Shown here: positions 1 through 10,493 of the stretch, one piece after another | Numbering within the stretch: the first letter of the stretch is position 1 | How the letters are laid out: the number at the start of each line of letters is the position of its first letter | Assembly (NCBI GenBank): GCA_964016885.1 | Contig: OZ024747.1 | Location: 84,568,001-84,632,000 of the forward strand | Direction of reading: 5' to 3' | Source of the DNA: Eledone cirrhosa | Lineage: Eukaryota | DNA: 64,000 nucleotides | Program-made: the position numbers and the translations under genes | The notes under the pieces: model-generated | Databases searched by the model: none | Told to the model about the DNA's origin: nothing | The model's input: the letters and a program-made list of their open reading frames with translations, nothing else

Positions 1-463
1 TCTCAATCTCGTCCACCATATAACTTCTTTCACCATAGCCACCGTACAGAGGAAAACCGCCTCTCTTTCATTTTTGAAAGAGGCTGGCGGTTTGATCCTT
101 ACTATGGACTCGGCAGTCAACTGGATTTGTCCCATACGCGGCAGCAGTTGTTCTGCATAGTTCCACAGGTCGATTACGCCCAGGCAGTGTACAATTGTGT
201 GCAGGACTGTTTCAATGTCCTGCACGCATCTTGGATACGTCCTCTTGGAAAGATCCCTGCCGGGGCGTCCGTGCCTGTAGATCTTGTCACGAACCGGTAG
301 AGCTCCTCGGTAGCACTGCCAGGCCAGGGACCTCTGGAAGTTGTCCATAGGTCTTGGGCGGAAAGTCCTACCAAACAGACTGGTGAGCTCATCGTCTTCG
401 ACGCCCAGAGTCTCTCCGAGCATGTCGTCGCGCTTGTAACATACAATCCCTCTATAGAATGTC

Positions 464-466
<3 letters not shown>
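1..466 (-). mobile_element. L1/Tx1-clade LINE ORF2 C-terminal fragment (zf-RVT region), 5'-truncated, runs off window edge
   Basis: Manually translated stop-free minus-strand frame: ...MDNFQRSLAWQCYRGALPVRDKIYRHG...YPRCVQDIETVLHTIVHCLGVIDLW...EVIWWTRLR, matching the W..GALP..C..ET..H...C pattern of L1/Tx1 ORF2. CpG-rich relative to flanks. Not in ORF track because the stop lies outside the window. Confidence 0.75.
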
Positions 467-527
<61 letters not shown>

Positions 528-668
528 GAAGAGGAGGACGAGGAGGAGGAGGAGAAGGAGAAGAAGAAGAAGAAGAAGAAGAAGAAGAAGAAGAAGAAGA
601 AGAAGAAGAAGAAGAAGAAGAAGAAGAAGAAGAAGACGAAGAAGAAGAAGAAGAAGATGATGATGATG
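467..668. repeat. Compound microsatellite (GATA)n-(GAG)n-(GAA)n-(GAT)n
   Basis: Directly visible tandem repeats. Confidence 0.98.
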
Positions 669-1493
669 CTTTAAAGGAATATTAAATTCACCCCAGTACC
701 TGACTGGTATTTCATTTTATAGACACCTGGTTGTGCGAAAGGCAAAGTTAACTTCTGCTACATTTGAATGATTTGTCTACTAAATAAGTTCAAGGGACCC
801 ATTAACAATAGGTTAGAAACGACTGCTCTAACTTTTTTTTTAGGAGGAAGTAGTAGTTTGCTTAAAGAGCAAAGATCAAGTCCAGTCCATAAGTTGCTCT
901 TTAAACTCTGCTGTTGGTGATCGAACTTTGTGGAGAAGAATATCTCATGTTGATGCACAGTCTGCAACTGGCGAAGTTTAGTGTCACAAGAAGAAGAAGA
1001 AATAGTTTACTTGAAGCATTGTGTATGGTATAAAAAAATATGAAGTTTGAAGGCCACAACAATGTGAAATGAATGAACAAGAAAATAAGATGAAACAAGA
1101 TGTTATGTGTTACTTTATTTATTTATCTGTCCTGATATTTCGAGATAAAATCTCTTCTGGTTACATGTCACCAAGGGAAAGTGGGGAGGAAGTGAATGGC
1201 AGTGGATGACACTGGATCGTTTATCCCTTGCATTTCAATGGCACACTCTCAGATTTAGAAAAATTCAGTGATATGCTTATTTTGAACTCGCTTTAGATTT
1301 ATTATAAATTAAAGTGTTCACTCAGAATATTCTGGAGCTATCCTGACCACCAACATCAGGTGAAATACAGCATTTCTAAGGCATTTTAAAACCTGGCTGA
1401 GCCCATCTCCTCTCCAGGTCTGAACACAGCATATTTCTTCCAGAGAAGGATAGAAAGTGAAAGAGAGGAAGTGAGAAAGAAACATAGAAAAAG

Positions 1494-1633
1494 TATCGAC
1501 CCCAGTACTAGACTGGTACTTTTTTTATCGACTTCAAAAGGATGAAGTTAAGGTTGACCTTGGCAGAGAGCTGGAATAAATACCACAAAGCATTCTATCT
1601 GACGTTCTAACAATTCTGCCAATTCGCCGCCTT
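1494..1633 (-). mobile_element. tRNA-derived SINE, abundant octopus-type family (…ctttgcctttcatcctttcggggtcgataaaataagtaccagt…)
   Basis: Reverse complement of the dispersed repeat seen at 7290, 23937, 40773, 47350 and 56436, among many others. Confidence 0.75.
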
Positions 1634-2760
1634 ACAGTAATATTTTTATATATATTATTAGAGAACCTGACTTGGCTACTGATGCCAATGATGGTTTGAA
1701 CTGTTGAAAATATGGTCAGCTCCGACTCAGTCAAGTCCACAAACCTAGAAAAACATATTCATTTAACAAACATTGCCATTACCCTTGAGAAAGGCATGAA
1801 CATCCTATACTCTATATTTCTAAGCAATTAATCACTATATGCCAACGTGATGGAGATAATTAAGACAATAGATCATCTGACTTATAAAAGCTGGATGAAA
1901 TGTCAGAACAGTACAGCACTTATTCCATTTTCAAAACTTGACATTTTAAACCACAACCACTTGTTTCCTGAATGTAACAGACGGCCACAACAATTAACTC
2001 TCAATTGATTAGTTGACATAAATGTTTAATAAGTTCCATGAGGAAGTACAGTAGACCACTGGCAGCAGTAGTTCCATTGTAGGACAAATCTTCTGTCAGT
2101 TTTGACAATGCACATTCAGATTTTCAATCAACTGAATGTCCACTCATGAACTTACATGTAATTGTAAGCTAAATCAGCACAACACAATATGTAAGAAAGC
2201 AAGACCTTTGAATTACAAGTACAATCCATCTGATGAACTTCCACTCACAAAACTTTGATTGATCTGAGGCTATGGTAAAAAAAACTTCCCAAGATGCAAC
2301 CTCATGATTGCGAAGCAAATTTATTAACCACTCCACCCATACCTGCATCTATAGATTGACTGTATAATTAAAATATTCACTCCCATACTGCAAAGTTTTC
2401 ACAACAATCTCTCCACTAGTAAATATACTATAAACATTTGAATTAACAAATATGTTTTTCAGACATATTCTACTAAATCATTACAGGATGTTTAGAGTTA
2501 AAACACTTATTGCTCACAGTTTACAACAGGGCATTTGAAATTTAAGCATGGCACCGACAATGAAAGGTGAACTAACAACCATTTGGGTGATAGAGTAGTA
2601 CCTATTCATTTGGCTAGCTGCAGTGCTATCTTATGCTTATATCCAACCATTTCTTTATATTTAGGAGACATTCTGAATATATGAAACTTGAGTATATGCA
2701 TACCATATGTGGCATATATAGATAAAGGGCAATCAATAGGCATTTATGTATTCTATTGTG

Positions 2761-2798
<38 letters not shown>

Positions 2799-2974
2799 TT
2801 CCAGATAATTGACTTAGGTGTACTTGTTAAAAAAATCTTTTCTTCTCTATTGTTTAGTTTTTTGTTTTTTTATTTTTAACCTATACAAACTACCTTATTT
2901 TAAGTGAATACAAAGAGAAATTCTTTTGAGCCTAAAATTGATGTAAACGTCAAGATATTCCACAGTAAACTATA

Positions 2975-3180
2975 CTTAGCAGAAGACAAAATAAGTGATG
3001 GTTTGCTTCTGGTAATTCTGATGTTGTTTCAGGACCCTTCTCAAGGTGAAAATTTGATCTGTGCAACTTCAGACCTCACAAAAACTACACTGATTTGGCC
3101 ATGTGCATTGATAACATATGTATCGAAATCTTTATAGTAGATTGATCCAGCAGTGCCATCTTCAGCTTTAGGTTTGGTTC
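2975..3180 (-). mobile_element. Degenerate RTE-type LINE reverse-transcriptase fragment
   Basis: Minus strand reads QCSFCEV*SCTDQIFTLRRVLKQHQNYQKQTITYFV, matching the QxGFRxGRSCTDQIFTLR motif of non-LTR RTs. Confidence 0.65.
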
Positions 3181-3480
3181 ATCAAAGTGTATCCAAGCCA
3201 CAGGAGTTTTGCAGTTCAAACTAGAAGCCCATGGTTATGTTAAATGACACCCAATAGTGGGATCAAACCTGAGACCTCATGATTGTGACAGGAACTTCTT
3301 AACCACTTGGTCATGACTGTATCCACATACATACATATATGCATTGTAGGGTAACAGCTTGGCTGTATTGCTGTTCTTGTCAACCCTACTGAGGAAATAC
3401 CAAAACTACATGCTAGGCTCTGCAGAAGAAAGAAATGCTAATAATGTCACTTCACCTTTTTGATTGATTACCTTAAAATG

Positions 3481-3780
3481 TGTAGCGGTTGTCTCCCTTG
3501 TTGTGACTCACAACCCCAATAGATTAATAACATCTAGACAGGAAGTAGAACCCTTTCTGTAACTTCTGGCAGAGCCCTATAAAACGAATAGCCTTCGGCT
3601 CTCTCCCTCTCATTTGCGTCTCGCGTTTGCCTGGCAATCAAAACGGTAACTACTAACTTTGCTTCATTCTTTCATCTATTTCATTGACATGTCAACTATA
3701 CTGTTAGATTGTTAATTAAATATTATACACACAAACCATGTCTCTTTGTTACATTCATACACCGCTAGTTATTCGCTATA
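3481..3780 (+). mobile_element. LTR (300 bp) of a Gypsy-type retrotransposon
   Basis: Starts TGTAGCG and ends CGCTATA (6/7 inverted match). Internal TATA-like ctataaaa (~3577) and attaaa (~3715). Followed after 1 nt by a PBS. No gag/pol is detectable downstream. Confidence 0.7.
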
Positions 3781-3781
3781 T

Positions 3782-3887
3782 TGGTGACCCCGACGTGATA
3801 CGAACACGCAGCCGTTCATCACCATAAGTGGTGACCCCGACGTGATACGAACACGCAACCGTTCATTGCTATAAGTGGTCACCCCGA
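3782..3887 (+). repeat. Tandem array (47-bp period) of tRNA-Trp primer-binding sites: two 32-nt copies plus one truncated copy
   Basis: TGGTGACCCCGACGTGAT at 3782 and 3829, TGGTCACCCCGA at 3876. Complementary to the conserved eukaryotic tRNA-Trp 3' end including CCA. Confidence 0.85.
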
Positions 3888-4304
3888 AAAAAGAAAAAAA
3901 TAGCAGAATCTGGCGTTGTGTGAGTAACATTACGAATACACAGCAAATTTATTGACAAACTATGAAAATACTCAGTAAAAGAAACGAACACACCACGCAC
4001 ATGTGAAATTTTCGCACAGACAGACTTTTTCTCTCACGCATCAACTAACTGTCGCATTTCACGATATATATATATGTTTCTCGTTTCTTACAACGAACAC
4101 TTTCAAAACAAAACAAAAAAAGAAAAAGAAATTTGATATTCTTTAAAAAACATTTCAACAGGAACATTTATTTTCAATGAATCATTGCCTTTTTTTTTCA
4201 TCGTTCAAGTTTTTTTTTTTTCCAAAGTTCACACCAATAATTATGCCGAGTGAAGCCTTTCTTTTTCATCATTGTCACTTTCACACTTGCACTATCATTT
4301 TCTC

Positions 4305-5215
4305 GACCAGGTATGCAGATACTATAGCATCCAAATTCAAAGAACTTCCTGAGCAAACTGAGGATGTTGAGACTTGGTGTGGTGTTGGATAGCAGGAAAA
4401 CCCTTGGTTCAATCAACAGGTCAGATGCCATCTGAGCATAGGAGGCTTACAAAGCTTGGCTTGAAAATAAGTCCTCCTTCTTGCGCTTGCGGTACAAGCA
4501 GGCACGGAGTGTCACAGCAGAGACAGTATAGGCGTCCAAAGTTAAGACATGGGAGGACTTTGGGGTTAAGCTAGAATCAGATTTCAGATCATCAAATAAA
4601 GTGTTCTGGCAGATCATCTGCTTTGTAATAAGAAGCCCTCCTCCACACCTGCTATTAAGAACGTGTCTGGGGTTCTCCTCACTTCAGAGAGGTGCATCCT
4701 CGCGAGGCAGAGAGAATATTTTGTTGATCTCCTAAACCCAATGACAACAGCATCTTCTGATACACACGGTGTGCATCTGGGAGCGATGACTAATCTCTCA
4801 GAGGCCGAGGTCATAAGAGCCATTATAGAACTCAAATGTGGCAAGGCTGCAGAGGAGGATAAAAATCAGTCTGAGATTTTAAAAGCCTTAAATAGAGGTG
4901 TTCTCTGGCTGATTTGTGTTAGGTCTATGTTAAGTGTCTGGCAAAGAGATGTAGGGAAATTGTAGAGTCCAAGCTAGCTGAGGAACAGTGTGGTTTTCGT
5001 CATGGACGCAGCCCAGCCTACCAAATATTCACATTTCGACAGGTCTTTGAGAAATCGGGGGAGTACTGCAAAGATATGTATTCTTGCTTTTGAAGACCTC
5101 GAAAAAGCATATGACAGCAATCCAGGGGATCTGCTGTGAAAGGTACTGCAGGAGTATGGGATTGATGGTCAGCTTCTTGTTGCGCTGATGTCTTTATACA
5201 AATGCCAGAGTATGT
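4305..5215 (+). mobile_element. RTE-clade LINE ORF2 remnant with frameshifts and internal deletions
   Basis: Across frames: SGVLLTSERCILARQREYFVDLLNP; EAEVIRAIIELKCGKAAEED; EEQCGFRHGRS..YQIFTFRQVFEK; DLEKAY...KVLQEYGIDGQLL. Confidence 0.85.
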
Positions 5216-5279
5216 GTTCCGATAAATGGTATATATTTTTCTTTTGAAAAATATATAAATGTATGCAAACAAGAATATT

Positions 5280-5823
5280 TTCCACCGATGGTGGATGTAA
5301 ATATCGGCGCGAAAACAGATTAACCGGTGCTTTCGAACAAAAAGTGCCCTTATGTATCTCTTCCGCCTGGTTAGCACACGCTTCGTTGTTACATTCACCA
5401 TCGTAAATGCAATGAACGAATAAATTGGTCTACTGAAAACATGTAGTTAACAACGATATTATTTACGAAATTCTACGTAAAATAACTAAATAAAAATATG
5501 TTAGAAGGTTAATGAATCATACGAAACATTATTTCTACGTGAAAGTAAAGAAACAAAAATACACCAAGGCCTTCTGAAGATACTTCGATGAGCTAAACTA
5601 ATGATAAAGCTTGTTACTTTGGCAAACAAAATCCAACCAATCAGATTGCTCAAGAAATCGCGACAGAGTTCACGATTTCTCTAGTCAAGGGAGATAATTG
5701 TGACCTACTAATATTTTCTAAAGCTACTTTTCTCTAAATAATTTATTTCTCTCACCCAGTAACTTTCCAAATTTTTCAAATTATTTTTATTTGAAAATAC
5801 CCCCCAAAATTATTAATCCAAAG
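5280..5823 (+). promoter_or_regulatory. Probable promoter and non-coding exon 1 of the zinc-finger gene (donor after 5823)
   Basis: Local CpG enrichment, CCAAT box (ccaatcag ~5637), consensus donor AAG|gtaagt at 5823/5824. TSS not determinable. Confidence 0.5.
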
Positions 5824-6619
5824 GTAAGTTTTATGCACTTTATTATTGTGATACTATATTTCATACGTATATAATTATTGATATACGTATGTTTATTTGT
5901 GAATGTGATATTGTGTTCGATGATATTTTTGTAATTTTCTTTTTTCTGATAATTATAATTTCTAGTCAAAAATCTTCATTAGTTGTAGATGTTTTTCTTT
6001 GTTTGGGTTTCCTCTTTTGGGTTTATTTTATATATTCAATTAAAGAAATATACAGAAACCTGGGAAATAGATTTCATATGATTTATGTTTCTCTACTTAA
6101 ATGACGTCAATATTTCTGATAATAACGTCCGTTTTCTTTCCATAATAATCAATTCATATTAAATAATCGTTTTTTATTGATCTGGGACGTAATCGAATTT
6201 CAGTTTTGTTTAATATTATTAATATATCTTCTATATTTTTGTTAACTTAACATTTTCAGTATTATCTTACTTTAGTCTTTGTTTTTATGTTTAAATTCAT
6301 CAAGCAAGGATTATCTTAATCCACTTCTCTGCTTGCATATCCACTTCTCTCTTTACATATTTACGGTGCAAATTGTAATTTTGATAGTATCATAATGTTC
6401 AAGTACTTAATATTCTCTTCTCTACCCTATCTATTTATTTATATTACATTTTCTGTCTATGTATTTAATGTCATTACTTCATATTGTTAAATATTAATTA
6501 TCAACTCGTGCTTATAGAGCCATTTTCTTTATATCGTTACAATAGTTATAGGACGAAAACATTTTTGCGAAATATATGCATTAAAAGAAAGGCAGGTTTG
6601 CCTAATCTTATCTGTACTC

Positions 6620-7931
6620 AAAATTAAGATAACAGCTCAAACAGAGCTGTTCTTTTCCTCCTTTATAACTTTAAAAAAAAACTGATTCATTTCTTTAGCA
6701 AATCATAAACATTATATAATTTAACTGAAATAAAATGTGTTATTAGATAAATATAAACTGTACTACAAAAGAAAGTAACTGAACTGGTTTTCTACAAATG
6801 ACTGAAATTATGGATTATAAAACCCAGAACTTTTATTCGTTGCTTTCAGAGTCAGTACATTTTGTGTAGCCTTTTCCTCCTGTTGTTTATTAACAAAGGA
6901 GAAAAAACTGATTATATCCATAGACAGCATCGTCTATCGCAGACGTCGACTTTACCTCGTTAGTATTGGCTTCCCTTTCATTCTACCGGTGTTGATAAAA
7001 CAAGTACTAGAGTGGGTTCTATGCGATCTATCAACCTGAACCAAATCTCTCTCAAATTACACCTCCCCCCCCAAAATAAGGATATTTTGTATAATGTAAT
7101 CCTATATACACTATGTCTGGTGAAATGTTGAGATATCCATGTTCGTGGTAATATGGCTGGAACGCTTTTGATCATAGATATGCTGAATCGAGGTTGGGTT
7201 GGTATTTACAACAAATAAGTACTATTAAGATATCGTCGATTCCTTAAAAGGTTTTATGTATAATCGAAATAAATCTTTATTATTTTTTATTATGAAAGGG
7301 CGGTGGAATGGTAGAATCATTAGAGCGTTTGACAAATTTGTTCCGGCTTTTTTTCGAGGTCAATTTTGCCCTTCATCTTCCTGGGTCGATAAAATAAAGT
7401 ATCAGTTAAGAACTGAGGTTAATTTAATCGATTTTACCCTCTTTATAAATTACTGTCTCTGTGCTTAAATTAGAAACCATTATTTACGTAAGTTAACTTT
7501 GCCTTTCATCCTTACGGGGTCGATAAAATAAAGTACCAGTAATGCACTGGGATAATTGCTGGCCTTGCGCCAAACGTAGAAACAGTTATTAATTGACGAA
7601 ACTCTAAGCAAATCTTTCATAACGATTTCCAAATATTCTTGTTATTAAAACCCACATATATGGTGTTGACATTAGATAATATTACAACAATGAAATAAAA
7701 TCTCGAGACTTGGTGCTTGGAAAATATATTTCTCTGTAATGGTTTCAATCATTTGTAGAAAACCAGTTCAGTCATTTTCTTTTGTAGTACAGTTTATATT
7801 TATCTAATAACACATTTTATTTCAGTTGAATTATATAATGTTTATGATTTGCTAAAGAAATGAATCAGTTTTTTTTTTTAAGCTATAAAGGAGAAAAAGA
7901 ACAGCTCTGTTTGAGCTGTTATCTTAATTTT
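6620..7931. repeat. Long inverted repeat, arms ~6620-6807 and ~7743-7931, ~935-bp spacer
   Basis: aaaattaagataacagctcaaacagagctgttc...ttttctacaaatga is the near-exact reverse complement of tcatttgtagaaaa...gaacagctctgtttgagctgttatcttaatttt. Confidence 0.92.
7296..7592 (+). mobile_element. Two adjacent tRNA-derived SINE copies
   Basis: aagggcggtggaatggtagaatcattagagcg... head, then two ttgcc(c/t)ttcatc...gggtcgataaaataaagta bodies. Confidence 0.75.
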
Positions 7932-8879
7932 AAAATCCAAGATAGCATTATTTGGGAAGAGGGAGGGGTGGCGAGGGACTCGTGTGAAGGACTCCTACTC
8001 AATTTGGAGTTTAATTAGTTCAGAGCTTATAGTAAATTTGGTTGTTGGGTTAATTTAGTTTATATTACCACTTTAATTATATAGATAATGCCTTCAGAAA
8101 AAACATGTATACCATAACATTACATTTATTTTTACCTGTTGATCTTAGAATGTATACAAGTTGTTTATTTACAGTTGTATAAAAAGAAATATAATAATAC
8201 AATGCCTATAGAACGAAAGCACAAACAAATTACATATGTATGTCAAAAATGTAAAATCCTGAACAAAAATTATAAAGGAAAGAAAGAAGAGGGGGGGGGG
8301 GGGCAATTTACCATCAAGTGCGACAAGTGGCAACACCTCACACCTTGGGCGCTAATTGTACACTTTCAGGCTACTATGATAAATGTAAGGGTGGTGGAAT
8401 GGCAACATTGCTAGGCTGTCAGACAAAATGTTTTTGCAGCATTTAGCTACAGCTCTTTATGTTCTGAATTCAAATCTCACTGAGGTCAACTTTGCCTTTC
8501 GTCCTTCCAAGGTTGATAAATTAATGTGAGAACCCACTGATGAGGAACATATGAGTGTAGGTCTCCAGTAGGAAAGTGATATTGGTGATCATCAAGGTGA
8601 GAGCGAGATTTGAAGTGCTGGAGAAGTTTGTTAATTACCTTTAGAGATTTTGCAATTGCATGTGACAAGAAAATTATAAAATAGCACTCTGACTGCATCA
8701 CATTAAAAACGAAAGATTTTAGTTTAATACTGCAAATTTTTGTGATGTGTCTATTAATAAATATCCCAAACATATTTGAATTGACAAATTTAATTGAAAT
8801 TTAGTAATATTGATTTTTATTTCATTTCTTTCAGGGAAAAACGTGTGTATTTGTATTTCTTGCGGTATGAAACATTATT

Positions 8880-10001
8880 ATGGAAGTTGACTCAGCAAGC
8901 CACGAAGGTGGTGGCTTGATTATCTCAGATATCCGTGACACCACCCTGGAGTCCTCAGCTCTTGATTGTACCCTTAACTTACAAAAAGGAAACAATTCTG
9001 AAATGTTAATTGCTAACCAATGTCCTGATGAAGAAACAGAAACTATTATTTCATCTGATGGTGTCACTGATGAAAATACTGTAATACTAGAAGGGTGTAT
9101 GGACTTTAACCAGCCATCTGATGATGTTGTGTCCCAACAAACAGTAATTGAATCTGGTTACACAGAACTAGATACGGCTTGGCATATGCAGATGGTTGCA
9201 AATGGTGACATAGACACCACTGGTCTTGTTACTGATGTCAAAACAGAAAACATACAGACAGTGGGTGACTTGGACTTGGGAGATGAATGGCATATGCAAA
9301 TTCAACTGATTAGCTTGGTATCTGATTCTGAAGTAAAGGTTGAAAACGAAGAAACAGTGACTGCTTCTGGTGAACCTGCAGATAAAGAAAGCCTTGTTGA
9401 AGCTGTTGATAATTCTTTGAGGGTTCATGAAATGCTTAATTCCACTGAATCAAATATTATTCTTATTCAGAAGGACATTGAAACTGAAGAGAATTGCATT
9501 CCTCTAGAGGTTGTCTCAGCCGATGGCTATGGGAACACATACCTCGATGTTGGTGTACAAACTATTGGGGAAGAGTATACAGTCACCGAGGAAGTATGCA
9601 GTTCCGATGAGAAAGAAGTGGTAAAAATTGTTTCAAGTGTACCCAAAAAATATGCTGTGACTTCAGACACATGCTCGATATGTGGCATGAAGTTCCCTAA
9701 TCGGTCTGCCTGTCAACGTCATATGATTGGTGTGCACGAAGAAGCAAAACATCAATGCAGCAAGTGTAAAAAGACCTTCTTTCGGTTATACTCTCTAAAG
9801 CTGCACATTAAGAAAAAGCACAATGGTGAAGGGCTGTTTTTCTGCGACAAATGTAAATACTGTTTTATATGCAAGTACTACTTTGATCAGCACCGGAAGA
9901 GAAACTGCACGCCTGTTCATTGTAGAGAATGTGGACGAGGCTTAGGCAATCTCATACAACTACATAATCACAGGCGATGGGTTCATAAACTCAAAGTGTG
10001 A
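8880..10001 (+). CDS. C2H2 zinc-finger protein, 373 aa (long acidic N-terminus, four C-terminal fingers); whole CDS in one exon (8835-10052)
   Basis: Longest ORF. Fingers CSIC..H..H, CSKC..H..H, CDKC..H..C (C2HC variant), CREC..H..H. Acceptor tttctttcag|G at 8834/8835, donor CAG|gtaagt at 10052/10053, start context attATGG. Confidence 0.93.
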   Translation: MEVDSASHEGGGLIISDIRDTTLESSALDCTLNLQKGNNSEMLIANQCPDEETETIISSDGVTDENTVILEGCMDFNQPSDDVVSQQTVIESGYTELDTAWHMQMVANGDIDTTGLVTDVKTENIQTVGDLDLGDEWHMQIQLISLVSDSEVKVENEETVTASGEPADKESLVEAVDNSLRVHEMLNSTESNIILIQKDIETEENCIPLEVVSADGYGNTYLDVGVQTIGEEYTVTEEVCSSDEKEVVKIVSSVPKKYAVTSDTCSICGMKFPNRSACQRHMIGVHEEAKHQCSKCKKTFFRLYSLKLHIKKKHNGEGLFFCDKCKYCFICKYYFDQHRKRNCTPVHCRECGRGLGNLIQLHNHRRWVHKLKV

Positions 10002-10082
10002 TCTCAGCCATTATCAATCAGGGAATGTCAACCTGTACAAACATTTTTACAGGTAAGTGTTTTGAATAATCTCTCTATATAT

Positions 10083-10493
10083 ATATAATTGAATATAAAA
10101 GAGAGATAAACACATATAAACATACATGTGTTGAAATCGTAAGGGACCAGGTTTGCTAGGGTGAAAAAAATACTAACTATTAACAATATGGTCTTCTGAG
10201 ATACTTAGAAGTGAAGGGTTTACTAATTTTACACCCACTGATGAGCAGAGAATTGGTAATTCCCTTTGCTAAAAATTGTGAAACAGCCTACCATAAGCTG
10301 TCTGGGTGTTCTGGCAATTGCCCAATATAGGTTTGTATTTCTTTTCTTGATTCATTTATTATTTTAAATTGAGTCTGGCAAACCATATTGTTAATAGGTA
10401 GTATTTTTTTCACTCTAGCAAACCTGGTCTCTTACGATTTGAACACATATATGTTTATATCTGTGTTTATCTCTCTTTTGTATTCAATTATAT
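10083..10493. mobile_element. Penelope-like pseudo-LTR remnant with ~110-bp inverted arms (10083-10192 / 10382-10493)
   Basis: The arms are reverse complements with few mismatches and enclose a hammerhead motif. An inverted pLTR plus hammerhead is characteristic of Penelope-like elements; the family assignment is inferred. Confidence 0.65.
10231..10309 (+). ncRNA. Type I hammerhead ribozyme motif
   Basis: Stem I acaccca(10231-37)/tgggtgt(10303-09); CTGATGA 10238-44; stem II region 10245-79; GAAA 10280-83; stem III cagc/gctg; GTC cleavage triplet 10300-02. Confidence 0.82.

Noticed and set aside
1673-1744. FHIT-like peptide FVDLTESELTIFSTVQ on minus strand
   Set aside because: Short resemblance only; no HIT motif or matching upstream exon found.
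3345-3480. Alternative LTR start at TGTAGGG (3345)
   Set aside because: TGTAGCG at 3481 matches the LTR end better; not fully excluded.
3782-3860. tRNA-Trp gene or pseudogene on minus strand
   Set aside because: Only the 3' 32 nt are present, they include the non-templated CCA, and they follow an LTR. This is a PBS, not a gene.
8532-8600. Hammerhead-like acccaCTGATGA...GAAA
   Set aside because: Stem III/UH register and stem I partner could not be formed.
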